A DNA stretch of 64,000 nt from Tubiluchus corallicola (taxonomy: Eukaryota; Animalia; Priapulida): the NCBI GenBank assembly GCA_030141605.1, contig JAQGDQ010001032.1:1-64000 (forward strand). Direction: 5' to 3'. Below the pieces are notes generated by a model. It made no database searches and had not been told where the DNA came from. It was given only the letters and a program-made list of their open reading frames with translations. A program made the translations under genes and the position numbers. Every line of letters starts with the position of its first letter. Position 1 is the first letter of the stretch. Positions 1-12,700 of the stretch are shown one piece after another.

Positions 1-317
1 TAAAACTGGCCCAGTAGAAGTCACAATACGTACTGAACGAAGTACAACGAAAAGATTTAGGTGCATCCATTGCCTCCACGGAACACTGAACTGCTTTTTC
101 TGTGTTTTGCTGTTTGTTGCTATTTTATAAGTTAACTTATATAATAGTGTAGGCCTTTTGGCACATTTTGTGGAGGTCTATTATTGGTCATAAGCAGCTT
201 AATCTTTTTTTATACAGTTTGTAAAATATATTGTCATATCAGTCCTAATACCCTCATACTAAATTATGTTGTTGTTATATGTCCCGTATTTAGTGTAAAA
301 GGTGATAAATAAATGAC

Positions 318-578
<261 letters not shown>

Positions 579-690
579 GCACAGATCCTGGTTTGATATT
601 TTCTTTGACCATTTTATTCCTAGACTGTTCCTGTAGTTTCTTCTTTAAAATGCATCAATTATGGTGGACAAGAGACACATTATGGCTTAC

Positions 691-798
691 CTCCCGTCTA
701 ATGGTTGATATTTCAAAAGGCTCTGCAATGCCTTCACCTGCTTTAAACAGTTTGTGCGACACGACGTCTTTTTGTGCTGGTCCATTGTCCATCACGAT
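691..798 (-). CDS. aminopeptidase exon (IVMDNGPA...ISTIRRE)
   Basis: ctgtag|ATC ... GAG|gtaagc, 36 codons. Confidence 0.92.
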
Positions 799-3700
799 CT
801 ACAGAATGAATAAACGGCTAAAGTATATAATTCCCTACGCTCAAGAATTTAGTTTGTGAAGCGGATTAGGATTAGAAAATAATAATAATAATAACCTTTA
901 TTTAAAGTCGGCTTTTGGGTCAACAATTAACATTAGCTCAAAGAGCTATTATCGCTGACTGTAAATAACAACCTACAACTACATAACAGAGACTATTATT
1001 ACCCCACTTTTACCCTAAATACCACATGCCAGGCAGGGCAACAGCAGGCAGCATTTTTAAAGTTTTTGGTAATGAGGGTTTGACACAGCCGCTGTATTGA
1101 ACTCCCGACCTACCAAAGATGGTATTAACACCTTGTTAGTCATGATTTTTGCTTGTTACCATTTTTAAAGTCTTTGGTATGACCCGGCCGCTGGTTCGAA
1201 CTCACGACCTCCCAGATGGAAAGCAGACGCATTACCACTAGACTAAACCGTCTGGTCAATTAGGGTTAGGGTTGGGATTAGGGTTAGTGTCAGAGATAGG
1301 GTTGGGTTAGTGTTAGGGTCTGGGTATTTAAACTGTGTTGGGAACTGTAAACTTCTTCCCAATAAAACTATAATGACTACAAAGCAAAATTGACATCTGA
1401 TTTACGGAGGAACAATATTCAGTTTAGCATGCAAATTGCAACAAGAAGCCATTCTAGACAGACCGCTATGCAACAAGAAGCCATACTAGACAGACGGCTA
1501 TGCAACAAGAAGCCATGCTAGACAGACGGCTATGCAACAAGAAGCCATACTAGACAGGCCGCTATGCAACAAAAAGCCATACTAGACAGGCCACTATGCA
1601 ACAAGAAGCCATGCTAGACAGGCCGCTATGCAACAAGAAGCCATGCTAGACAGGCCGCTATGCAACAAGAAGCCATACTAGACAGGCCGCTATGCAACAA
1701 GAAGCCATACTAGACAGGCCGCTGTGCAACAAGAAGCCATACTAGACAGGCCGCTATGCAACAAGAAGCCATACTAGACAGGCCGCTATGCAACAAGAAG
1801 CCATACTAGACAGGCCGCTATGCAACAAGAAGCCATACTAGACAGGCCGCTATGCAACAAGAAGCCATACTAGACAGGCCCAACAAACAACAACACCGCT
1901 ATGCAACAAGAAGCCATACTAGACAGGCCGCTATGCAACAAGAAGCCATACTAGACAGGCCGCTATGCAACAAGAAGCCATACTAGACAGACCGCTATGC
2001 AACAAGAAGCCATACTAGACAGGCCGCTATGCAACAAGAAGCCATACTAGACAGGCCGCTATGCAACAAGAAGCCATACTAGACAGGCCGCTATGCAACA
2101 AGAAGCCATACTAGACAGGCCGCTATGCAACAAGAAGCCATACTAGACAGGCCGCTATGTAACAAGAAGCCATACTAGACAGGCCGCTATGCAACAAGAA
2201 GCCATACTAGACAGGCCGCTATGCAATAAGAAGCCATACTAGACAGGCCGCTATGCAACAAGAAGCCATACTAGACAGGCCGCTATGCAACAAGAAGCCA
2301 TACTAGACAGGCCGCTATGGAACAAGAAGCCATACTAGACAGACCGCTATGCAACAAGAAGCCATACTAGACAGGCCGCTATGCAACAAGAAGCCATACT
2401 AGACAGGCCGCTATGCAACAAGAAGCCATACTAGACAGGCCGCTACACTCCAGCTGCTTGGAAGCAGACCAAAATCTGCACTGAAACCTTTTAAATAACA
2501 TTAACTTGTACTGTAAACATACTGTGTTTTTTATCAGTCATTTTAATGAGTTTGTCTTTAATGTGCATTTTCTGATAGCTAAAATGCAAATCCAAAACTG
2601 TAGCTGTAAATGATGTTTGTGGTTGAGACTGGTCATAGTCTCTGCCCAGCCAAGTCTTGTGAATACGTCAGTAGTGGTTGGACAGTTGCTGGTTTGATAT
2701 TCTTCTAGAATGTTCCTATAGTTTCTTCTTTGAAATCAAACCAGCAGGACAGTCTAATATTAAAAACCTGTGGAAGGCCTATAGAGTCAGTTTGTTTCAA
2801 CAGCTCCACACATGCAAGTGGTGCTCAGTGAGTATCTTGAAAGGGGTCTAATAAGTTCGTAAGATAATGAGAGAACTAGGGTGTAAGATATCTTGAAAGG
2901 GGTCTAATCAGTTCGTAAGATAGTGAGAGAACTAGGGTGTAAGATATCTTGAAAGGGGTCTAATAAGTTCGTAAGATAGTGAGAGAACTAGGCTGTAAGA
3001 TATCTTGAAAAGGGTCTTATAAGTTCGTAAGATAGTGAGAGAACTAGGCTGTAAGATATGAAATACCATTTAAACTGAAAGCTGCATTGATGTTTCAAGT
3101 CAATAACAGATACTTTTTGCTGGAATGCTCCTACGACTGTGCAGGCAGTTTAGTCGTCGTCTGTGAATTGTACACGCATTATTTGAGTACAACAATAAGC
3201 CTTTTCACACTTTTCTTGTGCACATGCGAGTTGCTATATGTCAAAGGTTAGGTGTACCACAGCAACGCATCTTAACTACAACCGTCACGTGACGTGTGTA
3301 AAGCAAAGCCATCCACCACATCAGTTCAGTATTTTCAGTTTTTTTACGTAGACTTTACTTAATTATGAACTAGTCTGTGCGAAGAGTGATTTACTAGCAG
3401 GATTTTGCTTGGGAACAAGAAAAAATGGACTAAGTAAGGCTCTAGCTAGCTGTTAAAACTGTTACTATTACAACAGCATGGGCTGCGAGGCGTTGTCAAG
3501 CGTACACAAATGCGTTGTCTGGTACACTTAACCTTTGACCTTCATCAATCGCTGGAACTGTGAAAACGCTTATTAAAAAAAGTATGATAGTAAATCATTA
3601 CACTGTACGCTGGTCCCATTGCTCTCACGGCGTGTCCCGTCAGTGTTGCTATGGTAAACAAATAGGGGTTAGTTTCATTAAGCGCCTTCTCTTTCATCTC

Positions 3701-6700
3701 ACAGAGCACATCCGCCATTGCCATGCGCCCCTCAGCATCGGTATTTCCAATGCGAACGCGAACGCCTGCACGCGACGTGATTATTTCATCGGCAACATAA
3801 CTATCGGCACCAACGCTGTTCCTAACCATTGACATCGCTCCGATCACCTTGATTCCCTTTGGCTTTAGCAAATTCAGTGTCTGGAATAAAATAGTAAATT
3901 TACATAAAGCAAATACAGACTGGTATTTCAAGTATAATTTCTACATTATTATTGTAAAATCACTGTTAAGGTCAGTTTCTGGCCTTAACATGTAGGTGGC
4001 AGCACCTATGTGAACTTACCTGTAATTTTACCTGTGAAGTTGTAAATTAGGTTGTGCCTCACTAAACACGCTTACACAAGCCTCAGCAAACGTTAAATAA
4101 TGTTTAGATAAATTTTCAAGTAATTATTTGTAGCGTCTCTACCTGATTTGCTGTAAACTAGTATGATGTTCCAATGATGTATTAAGTTGTTATAGCCGCA
4201 CGATGTGAGTAATATTTACTTTTATTGTCTTAAATTATAATAATTAGATCATTATACATTTGTAAGCAGTGAAAGCAGTCAAATTTATTATTTTCGTTTT
4301 TTAATATATACAGAAATAGATTTCTGAGAACACCATATGCTATAAAGGAAATTCTTTTGTGTTCCCGTCACAATCACAGTATGATGTTCTTTTATATTAT
4401 GTAATAATCAACGTTAATCCTAAAAAATTTTAAGATACTTTTGCTTTCAACTCTTTTCTACATGACTAAACATACATGTCTATCCACTTTTCCTAGCTAC
4501 AAGCGAAAAATTAATTTTTTTTCTTCCTTTGGCTCTAGGTCCTCATTATATTAATTTTAAATAAGTAAAGGTTAAATTATTATTTGAATATAGTCACGTG
4601 TGTCTCTTCTTTCCCATTATTGAACATTGTTTTATTATAAACTAACACATTCGTATAATAATTCAATTTTCATTCGTCTTAAATGCAAAATCTGATAATT
4701 TTTAATTACCTGGTACATGTGCATAGTCAGGCTGAAATGTATTTATAATCACAATACGTACAAAGGGTACAAAAATTTGAATATTCTTCTAACAGAAGCA
4801 CAACAGCAATCGCACCAGAAAGAATCCCGCTACAGCTGCACTGCCGCATTTGTCCCGATGCATTCCCGCCATGTGCCCACCAGCTTTGATGTCAGCACCA
4901 CCAGTGTCATACGTTACACCCTAAAAATACATCTCAGTTTAGCGACAATTTTCGACTCACCCGTGTTAGCTTAAGGCTTACGTGACATTATAAAAAATGT
5001 GGATACTGTTTACACGTGCATCCAGTTTATCAGTATCGTATCATGATATGTATCGTATCGTGACCTAGTTGTATCGTTACAGCCCTACTACCTACAGCTT
5101 TTAACATTAAGTGGGCCCACCAGTGAGTACAGCATTCGAGTTCTCACATTACAGCCCTACTACCTACAGCTTTTAACATTAAGTGGGCCCACCAGTGAGT
5201 ACAGCATTCGAGTTCTCACATTACAGCCCTACTACCTACAGCTTTTAACATTAAGTGGGTCCACCAGTGAGCACAGCATTGGAGTTCTCACGTTACAGCC
5301 CTATTACCTACAGCTTTTAACATTAAGTGGGCCCACCAATGAGCACAGCATTGGAGTTCTCACGTTACAGCCCTACTACCTACAGCTTTTAACATTAAGT
5401 GGGCCCACCAGTGAGTACAGCATTCGAGTTCTCACATTACAGCCCTACTACCTACAGCTTTTAACATTAAGTGGGTCCACCAGTGAGCACAGCATTGGAG
5501 TTCTCACGTTACAGCCCTATTACCTACAGCTTTTAACATTAAGTGGGCCCACCAATGAGCACAGCAATGGAGTTCTCACGTTACAGCCCTACTACCTACA
5601 GCCTTTAACATTAAGTGGGCCTACCACTGAGCACAGCATTCGAGTTCTCACATTACAGCCCTACTACCTACAGCCTTTAACATTCAGTGGGTCCACCAGT
5701 GAGCACAGCATTCGAGTTCTCACGTTACAGCCCTATTACCTACAGCTTTTAACATTAAGTGGGCCCACCAATGAGCACAGCATTGGAGTTCTCACGTTAC
5801 AGCCCTACTACCTACAGCCTTTAACATTAAGTGGGCCCACCAGTGAGTGCAACATTCGAGTTCTCACGTTACAGCCCTATTACCTACAGCCTTTAACATT
5901 AAGTGGGCCCACCAGTGAGCACAGCATTGGAGTTCTCACGTTACAGCCCTACTACCTACAGCCTTTAACATTAAGTGGGCCCACCAGTGAGCACAGCATT
6001 CGAGTTCTCACATTACAGTCCTACTACCTACATCCTTTAACATTAAGTGGGCCCACCACTGAGTACAGCATTCGAGTTCTCATGTTACAGCCCTACTACC
6101 TACAGCCTTTAACATTAAGTGGGCCTACCACTGAGCACAGCATTCGAGTTCTCACATTACAGCCCTACTACCTACAGCCTTTAACATTCAGTGGGTCCAC
6201 CAGTGAGCGCAACATTCGAGTTCTCACGTTACAGCCCTATTACCTACAGCCTTTAACATTAAGTGGGCCCACCACGACTAGTGAAGAATGCAAAGATTGA
6301 AATGCTTCAGTTTATTTTTTGTTCTCTAACACAACATTTTACCTTGCCAACAAGCATTAGCGTCGTATCGATCGGTCCTTCGCCCACATATTCCAGTTTA
6401 ATGATTCTTCCCGCATGTCTTGAAATTCCTGTAAGAAATCGGACGTATTCATTTTTAAACCTACAGGATTCAGGGCTTAAAACTTAACAGACTTTGCAAA
6501 AATACATCACACATATAGCTTTATAATGCAAGAAAAAACAAACCAAAGGTAGTGATTTATCGTGTGTTTAACTTTTGAGATTAGTTGGCAGCATTCTAAG
6601 CAGCAATTCATGCAAAACCCTTAACAGCACTGCTAGATCAATAATACAGTAGAAGAATTGCATTCCTAGCACACACATTAGAACCTAAATCCACACAATA

Positions 6701-9700
6701 TATACAGATAAAGGGACAAAGGTTACCCAATATTTCATTAAAAATTGTTTATAAAAAACACAAATAGTAATTGTTACTGTCAATGGTAGTTGTTACTGTC
6801 AGGGGCGGCTCTAGGCGGTTTGACGGTCAATCCCTTTTCCCACGATCCCTCCTCAACGATCAATCCCTTTCCCCACGATCCCTCCTCAACGGTCAATCCC
6901 TTTTCCCACGATCCCTCCTCAACGGTCAATCCCTTTCCCCACGATCCCTCCTCAATGGTCAATCCCTTTCCCCACGATCCCTCCTCAATGGTCAATCCCT
7001 TTCCCCACGATCCCTCCTCAACGGTCAATCCCTTTGCCCACAATCCCTCCTGAATGGTCAATCCCTTTCCCCACGATCCCCCCTCAATGGTAAATCGCTT
7101 TCCCCACGATCCCTCCTCAACGGTCAATCCCTTTGCCCACAATCCCTCCTGAATGGTCAATCCCTTTCCCCACGATCCCCCCTCAATGGTAAATCGCTTT
7201 CCCCACGATCCCTCCTCAACGGTCAATCCCTTTGCCCACAATCCCTCCTGAATGGTCAATCCCTTTCCCCACGATCCCCCCTCAATGGTAAATCGCTTTC
7301 CCCACGATCCCTCCTCAACGGTCAATCCCTTTGCCCACAATCCCTCCTGAATGGTCAATCCCTTTCCCCACGATCCCCCCTCAATGGTAAATCGCTTTCC
7401 CCATGATCTCTGCTCAACGGTTAATCTCTTTCCCCACGATCCCTCCTCAGTAATGTCGGCGTGAAATGGTGTAATCTTAGGAAACCAGATAAAGCAAAAT
7501 TAGACACTCAGCGGCATCGACGAATCACACATTTTGATGGGAAAATAATGAATCTACTTCGTTTCATTCAATTAGTGTTGCACACGTAACTTATACTGTG
7601 CTATTGTTTTGCCTAACCTTCAAAATTGAAAAATTACTACCACAATTTGGCACCCTTAGCAACTGCCTAGCTTGCCTAGTGGTAGAGCCAGCCCCGGTTA
7701 CCGTCAATGCCTAACTACACGTCCGGGAAGAAAAGTTTATTGCATTACCTCTAGCAGCACGATTAACAGCAGCAAAGAGCGGATACTTGTTAGTAAATGT
7801 TTCCTCATCAGCAATAATGTTCACCTTCACGTTAGAACCTTTGAATAGATTTTCTACATACTCTGCCACACGAGGTGCTGCCATTCGTTCCGGATCCGAC
7901 CCGCCAATGTCCCGTGCAGCTACCCTGACAATACAACAGTGGACTCATTTATATATTAGTGAAACTGACAAGATTTTTTGATTTTGCAGAAGAGCAAAGA
8001 CTAGAAAGAATAGACTAATGATTATATACCGTATATACTCGCATATAAGCCGAATTTAGAACTATAAAATACAATACTGAAATCAGGGGGTCGGCTTATA
8101 TGCGAGTGAAACAAAATGAAGGAGTGTGTGGAGAAGGAGATCTTCGAGTGGTTTGAAGCCCAGAGACAAAATGGATATGACTTTTGATTTATCATGTCCA
8201 GAGACAGGACAATGATTTTGAAGGTTTCTAATTATTTTTAAGAACACTACGTTAAATTATAAACAGAAATGTTATAAATTTTTGTGAATAAATAGAAAAC
8301 AAAATATTTTCTTCTTTATTCATATCAAAATGTATAATTTCTTCTATTTCTTCTAGTATGTAACATAAAAGTAAGCATTTTACATCTTTATAGTAAAAAA
8401 TTTCTATGAACCAAAAATACCCAATTAACAAAATGTGACAAAAAGGGATCAATTTTGTTGATTGGGTATGGAGTAAAATTAGACAAGTTGATGGTCGGCT
8501 TATATACGGGTTTTTGCAAAAACTGGCCATTTTAAAGCAGTTTTAGGGGGTCGGCTTATATGCGATGTAGGCTTATATGCGAGTATATACGGTAGTTACA
8601 TCACGTTTTGACTGAGTAGACACACTAAGAGCAGCCGAAATACAATAGTTTGTTGTTGTTGACTGGTATTAATATTTAAGTCCTGGTAATCAGTTGTCTC
8701 ATCATTTCAGAAAATAACAATTTCCGTTCTTTATTTCACGACTGCCTGTTACCAACCTCATTGTTATTCATTTTTGAACTGTACAGAATTAAACAAAGTG
8801 TGAAAAAATCGGGACTGAACCTAGATATGAACCAGAGCTTTTCTAAACCAAAGATACTTGGTTCAAATCCAGGGTCAGTTCCAACTTCTTTTCATTTCTT
8901 TTTTTTTTTGCTTAAGTTTAGTTTCTAAAAAATAGTAGCAGCATGTTCATTTCATTATGTAGAATGTAATATGCACTCATATCTCGGTTTGTCAGACAAA
9001 AGCAGGGAGATGTCGTTCAGATTTTGCCAATTGTCCATATTTTCCGGTACTAAGCTAATACAGTAGGCGCTGTGTACTAGACTCGTGGTAACGTAGAATC
9101 AATCACCTAATTGTCCCAAAAACGTCTAGTACGCGCCACTCCTATGCAAAAGTATGTAAAGACTGTCTGCAATTGACTCAAATAACTCTGCACAATTGAT
9201 TCTAAACCGCTTACACATGCTGATTAAACCACTAAACATGCTGACATACAAGGTACACACATGTCGTTACATGGATGTAAATAAAGTGACGACCCCCCAA
9301 CTAGCAGTCAGCTCACAAAATAACGGACTGTGTCCGTAGCACGTACGATGTTTTAACGGACCAGATTTTCTCAGAATTTTCGGGCTATGTACACATTTAC
9401 ACGTAAAACCTCTTGTTGATCTTTAACTTTTGACCTACATCATTACATCAGGGATGAGAATGACAAATTACAAAAAACTCTGAAACAGGCCGGGGGGTTG
9501 GGGGCCGCGCAGACCGCCATGGGGGTTCAAGGGGGCGAAGCAACAAATTGCAATTTTGTGACCATAGAGAACCTCTAAGTGGACTTAAAATATCAATTAC
9601 CTTGTTTCATGCATAATTTAAAATATCCAACTATCAAGGATACATGATACCTAATTGTCTCAAAAACGCCTAAGTACTGGCCGCTCCTATGCAAAAGTAT

Positions 9701-12700
9701 ATAAAAACTGTCTGCAATTGACTCAAATAACTCCGCACAATTGATTCTATATTTTTATACATAGAGAAATACACGTGGTTACACTGATGTACGTGATGTA
9801 AACAAAGTGACCGCCTGCCAACTAGCGGTCAGCTTGTGAAATAATGTACTGGATCCGCAAAAATTTTCTCAACGAATTTACGTGATTTACAAAAATGGCA
9901 CTACTGGTCTTCCAAAAACTCGGAATTCCGCGTATCCGCGGAAAATTCTCATCCCTGCATTACATACGATTACAAAATTACTTTGAGCATTATATGGTGT
10001 GTCTAGTTATACCTGTCACATAGAAGCAACGTTTCTGCAACATTTTCTCTGCAACATTTCTGGGTGGCCTTGACTTCAATGAGCCAATTTGATGAGCAAA
10101 AAACGAAAGAGCCTGTATAAAATGTTACCTCCCGCTCTCTAGTGCCGATGCCAGTTTCACCACATCACAGTCGCTTTTGCTGCACCACACGCCAAGACTG
10201 TCCGCTTTCTTAGCACGGGAGGGAACGGATTCCTTCACTTCCAAAGGCTAAACGTAAACACAATAAAACATTTGTGATCGCCTGATAAACAAACGGTTGG
10301 TTTTCCACAATTTACACCATTTTTAGTATAAAAAATATTGGGCTAAGTAGAGAGGCTGTGTGGAAATTTAGACTACAATAATACTAAAAGTGATTACTCC
10401 ACAAAGTTTAACGTCTGTTCCGTTTAACGAAAAAATATTCAAGATACGAAAACGAAAACTGAAAGTGCCGCCCGACAGCGGTCCTCCCAGAATGCATTTC
10501 GTAGCATCACATGAACGCTTTGTTGTGCTCTTGTCCAGTGTCTTGCATTTTTGTGCTGTGTATTTTGAGTAAAATTTGTGTTGGTTCGCATTCAATAACC
10601 ACGGGTCCGAAAAATCCAGTGCCAGTGGTAGTAGTAAGAAGAAAAGGATGATGTCGATGGAAACAAAGCTTGAAATTGTAAAGTCAAACCAAGCACAATA
10701 TTTACACCTTATATGACTGTTTTCGGGGGGGGGGGGGCTGTAACGAATTACGTCACTTATAGGGTAAATCTTGTCTCATAATACGAAATTCTAAGATACG
10801 AAAGCCCCTTCGGAACGAATTAATTTCGTATCTCGAGGCATCACTGTATTCTTTCACATTTTGTATTTTTACATTTTTCTGTAGCTTATCATATAATTGA
10901 TAAATAATTGAGACCTTAAAGTAAAACCGGAATTAATCTTAAACTCTAAGTCAAAACAATATACTCTTCAAAATATAGAAAGGAAACACTTCTACTACTG
11001 TTTTTTAAAGAATTCCTAACTTGAGAGAATTATTACCACACAAATGCAATTTCACATTCGCAGCTCTAATTGTTCACTGTTACATGCATTTTGCGATTCA
11101 CTAGTTAGACATGCAATAGCGCCTGTATATCGGAAAGCGTTGCACAAAAAACAGGTATCTTATAGTTCAAATGTGTTAGTTTGTGACGAACTACACACAT
11201 TTGACAGCTCATGCATGAATACAGCGGTAAATTTGAAATTTGAATTTTTATCTTAAAACTTGCCTAGTTTTAGTACAACATACTGAATATCATACAGTAG
11301 TACTGCACATCAATTTTTGGTTTCACAAACAACTGTAACACCCTCATGGAATATTTTTGCTTGGGGGGAGGGGGGCTGGAACGAAATACGCCACTCATGG
11401 GGCATAAATCTTGTCTCATAATATTAAATTCTAAGATACGAAAGCCCATCCGGAACGAATTAACTTCGTATCTCGAGGTATCACTGCATTTAATGTTAAA
11501 ACTGATGTTGAAAACTGCGTACAAAATAGATCATGTATTCGTATCGCTACAATGTATGTTTAACTCACCACATACAAAGCATGTAGAGCACCAAGCACTG
11601 ACACAAGTCTAGCACTCGCGTATGTTTTACAACCCGGTTCTACGAGCAGTAGGTTCTTGCAATCCATCGCCAAAGCTCTGCAATTTGAACAAGTTTCACT
11701 CTAGGTAGGTCAACTCCAGGGATTGACCGTTGAGGGGGAATCGTGGGGAACGGGATTGACCATTGAGGAGGGATCATGGGCAACGGGATTGACCGTTGAG
11801 AGGGAATCGTGGGGAACGGAATTGACCGTTGAGGGGCAATCGTGGGGAACAGGATTGACCGTTGAGGGGCAATCGTGGGGAACAGGATTGACCGTTGAGG
11901 AGGGATTGTGGGGAAAGGGATTGACCGTTGAGGGGGAATCGTGGGGATCGGGATTGACCGTTGAGGGGGGATTGTGGAGAAAGAGATTGACCATTGAGGG
12001 GGGATCGTGGGGAACGGGATTGACCATTGAGGGAGATCGTGGGGAAAGGGATTGACCGTTGAGGGGGGATCGTTGGGAATGGGATTGACCGTTGACGGGG
12101 AATCGTGGGGAGAAGGATTGACCGTTGAGGGGGGATTGTGGGGAACGGGATTGACCGTTGAGGGGGGATTGTGGAGAAAGGGATTGACCGTTGAGGGGGG
12201 ATCGTGGGGAAAGGAATTGACCGTTGAGGAGGGATCGTGGGGAAAGGAATTGACCGTTGAGGGGGGATCGTGGGGAAAGGAATTGACCGTTGAGGGGGGA
12301 TCGTGGGGAAAGGAATTGACCGTTGAGGGGGGTGCTAAAGATACTTTTGCCTAGGGCGACAAACAACCTAGACTAGAATAATCTAATTTACATGATGACA
12401 GAGATAAAATTTTCTGGCATGATGAAATGTGTGCTTGCATAGCATTATCGTCCATAAGTCGACAATTAAGCTTTTCTAGTTATTCACAATTCCTGAATTT
12501 CCATTTCATGAGGATAATTTTGATACCAAGTTCATCGCTCTACGTTATTTCTAAGCTGAGATAATCCAAGTTGAAGTTGAGGTGCAGGCTGCACATTGAA
12601 AAATGTAATCTTGAGGCAAACGCTGTTAAAGTCAGCCATTGTTTTTTGTCGCGTCTCTAAAAAACACTTAGCAACTGTACAAAATTGTGGTTGCTATGGA

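Noticed and set aside
1258-1325. Telomere-like TTAGGG run
   Set aside because: Short and degenerate; interstitial low-complexity sequence, not a chromosome end.
5077-6300. Stop-free frame through the 72-bp array (LQPYYLQPLTLSGPT...)
   Set aside because: Antisense within an intron; openness follows from a unit length divisible by 3; no start or splice support.
6771-12366. Long ORFs 6771..7406, 6780..7358, 11710..12366 and neighbours
   Set aside because: Translations of the 33-bp minisatellite on both strands.
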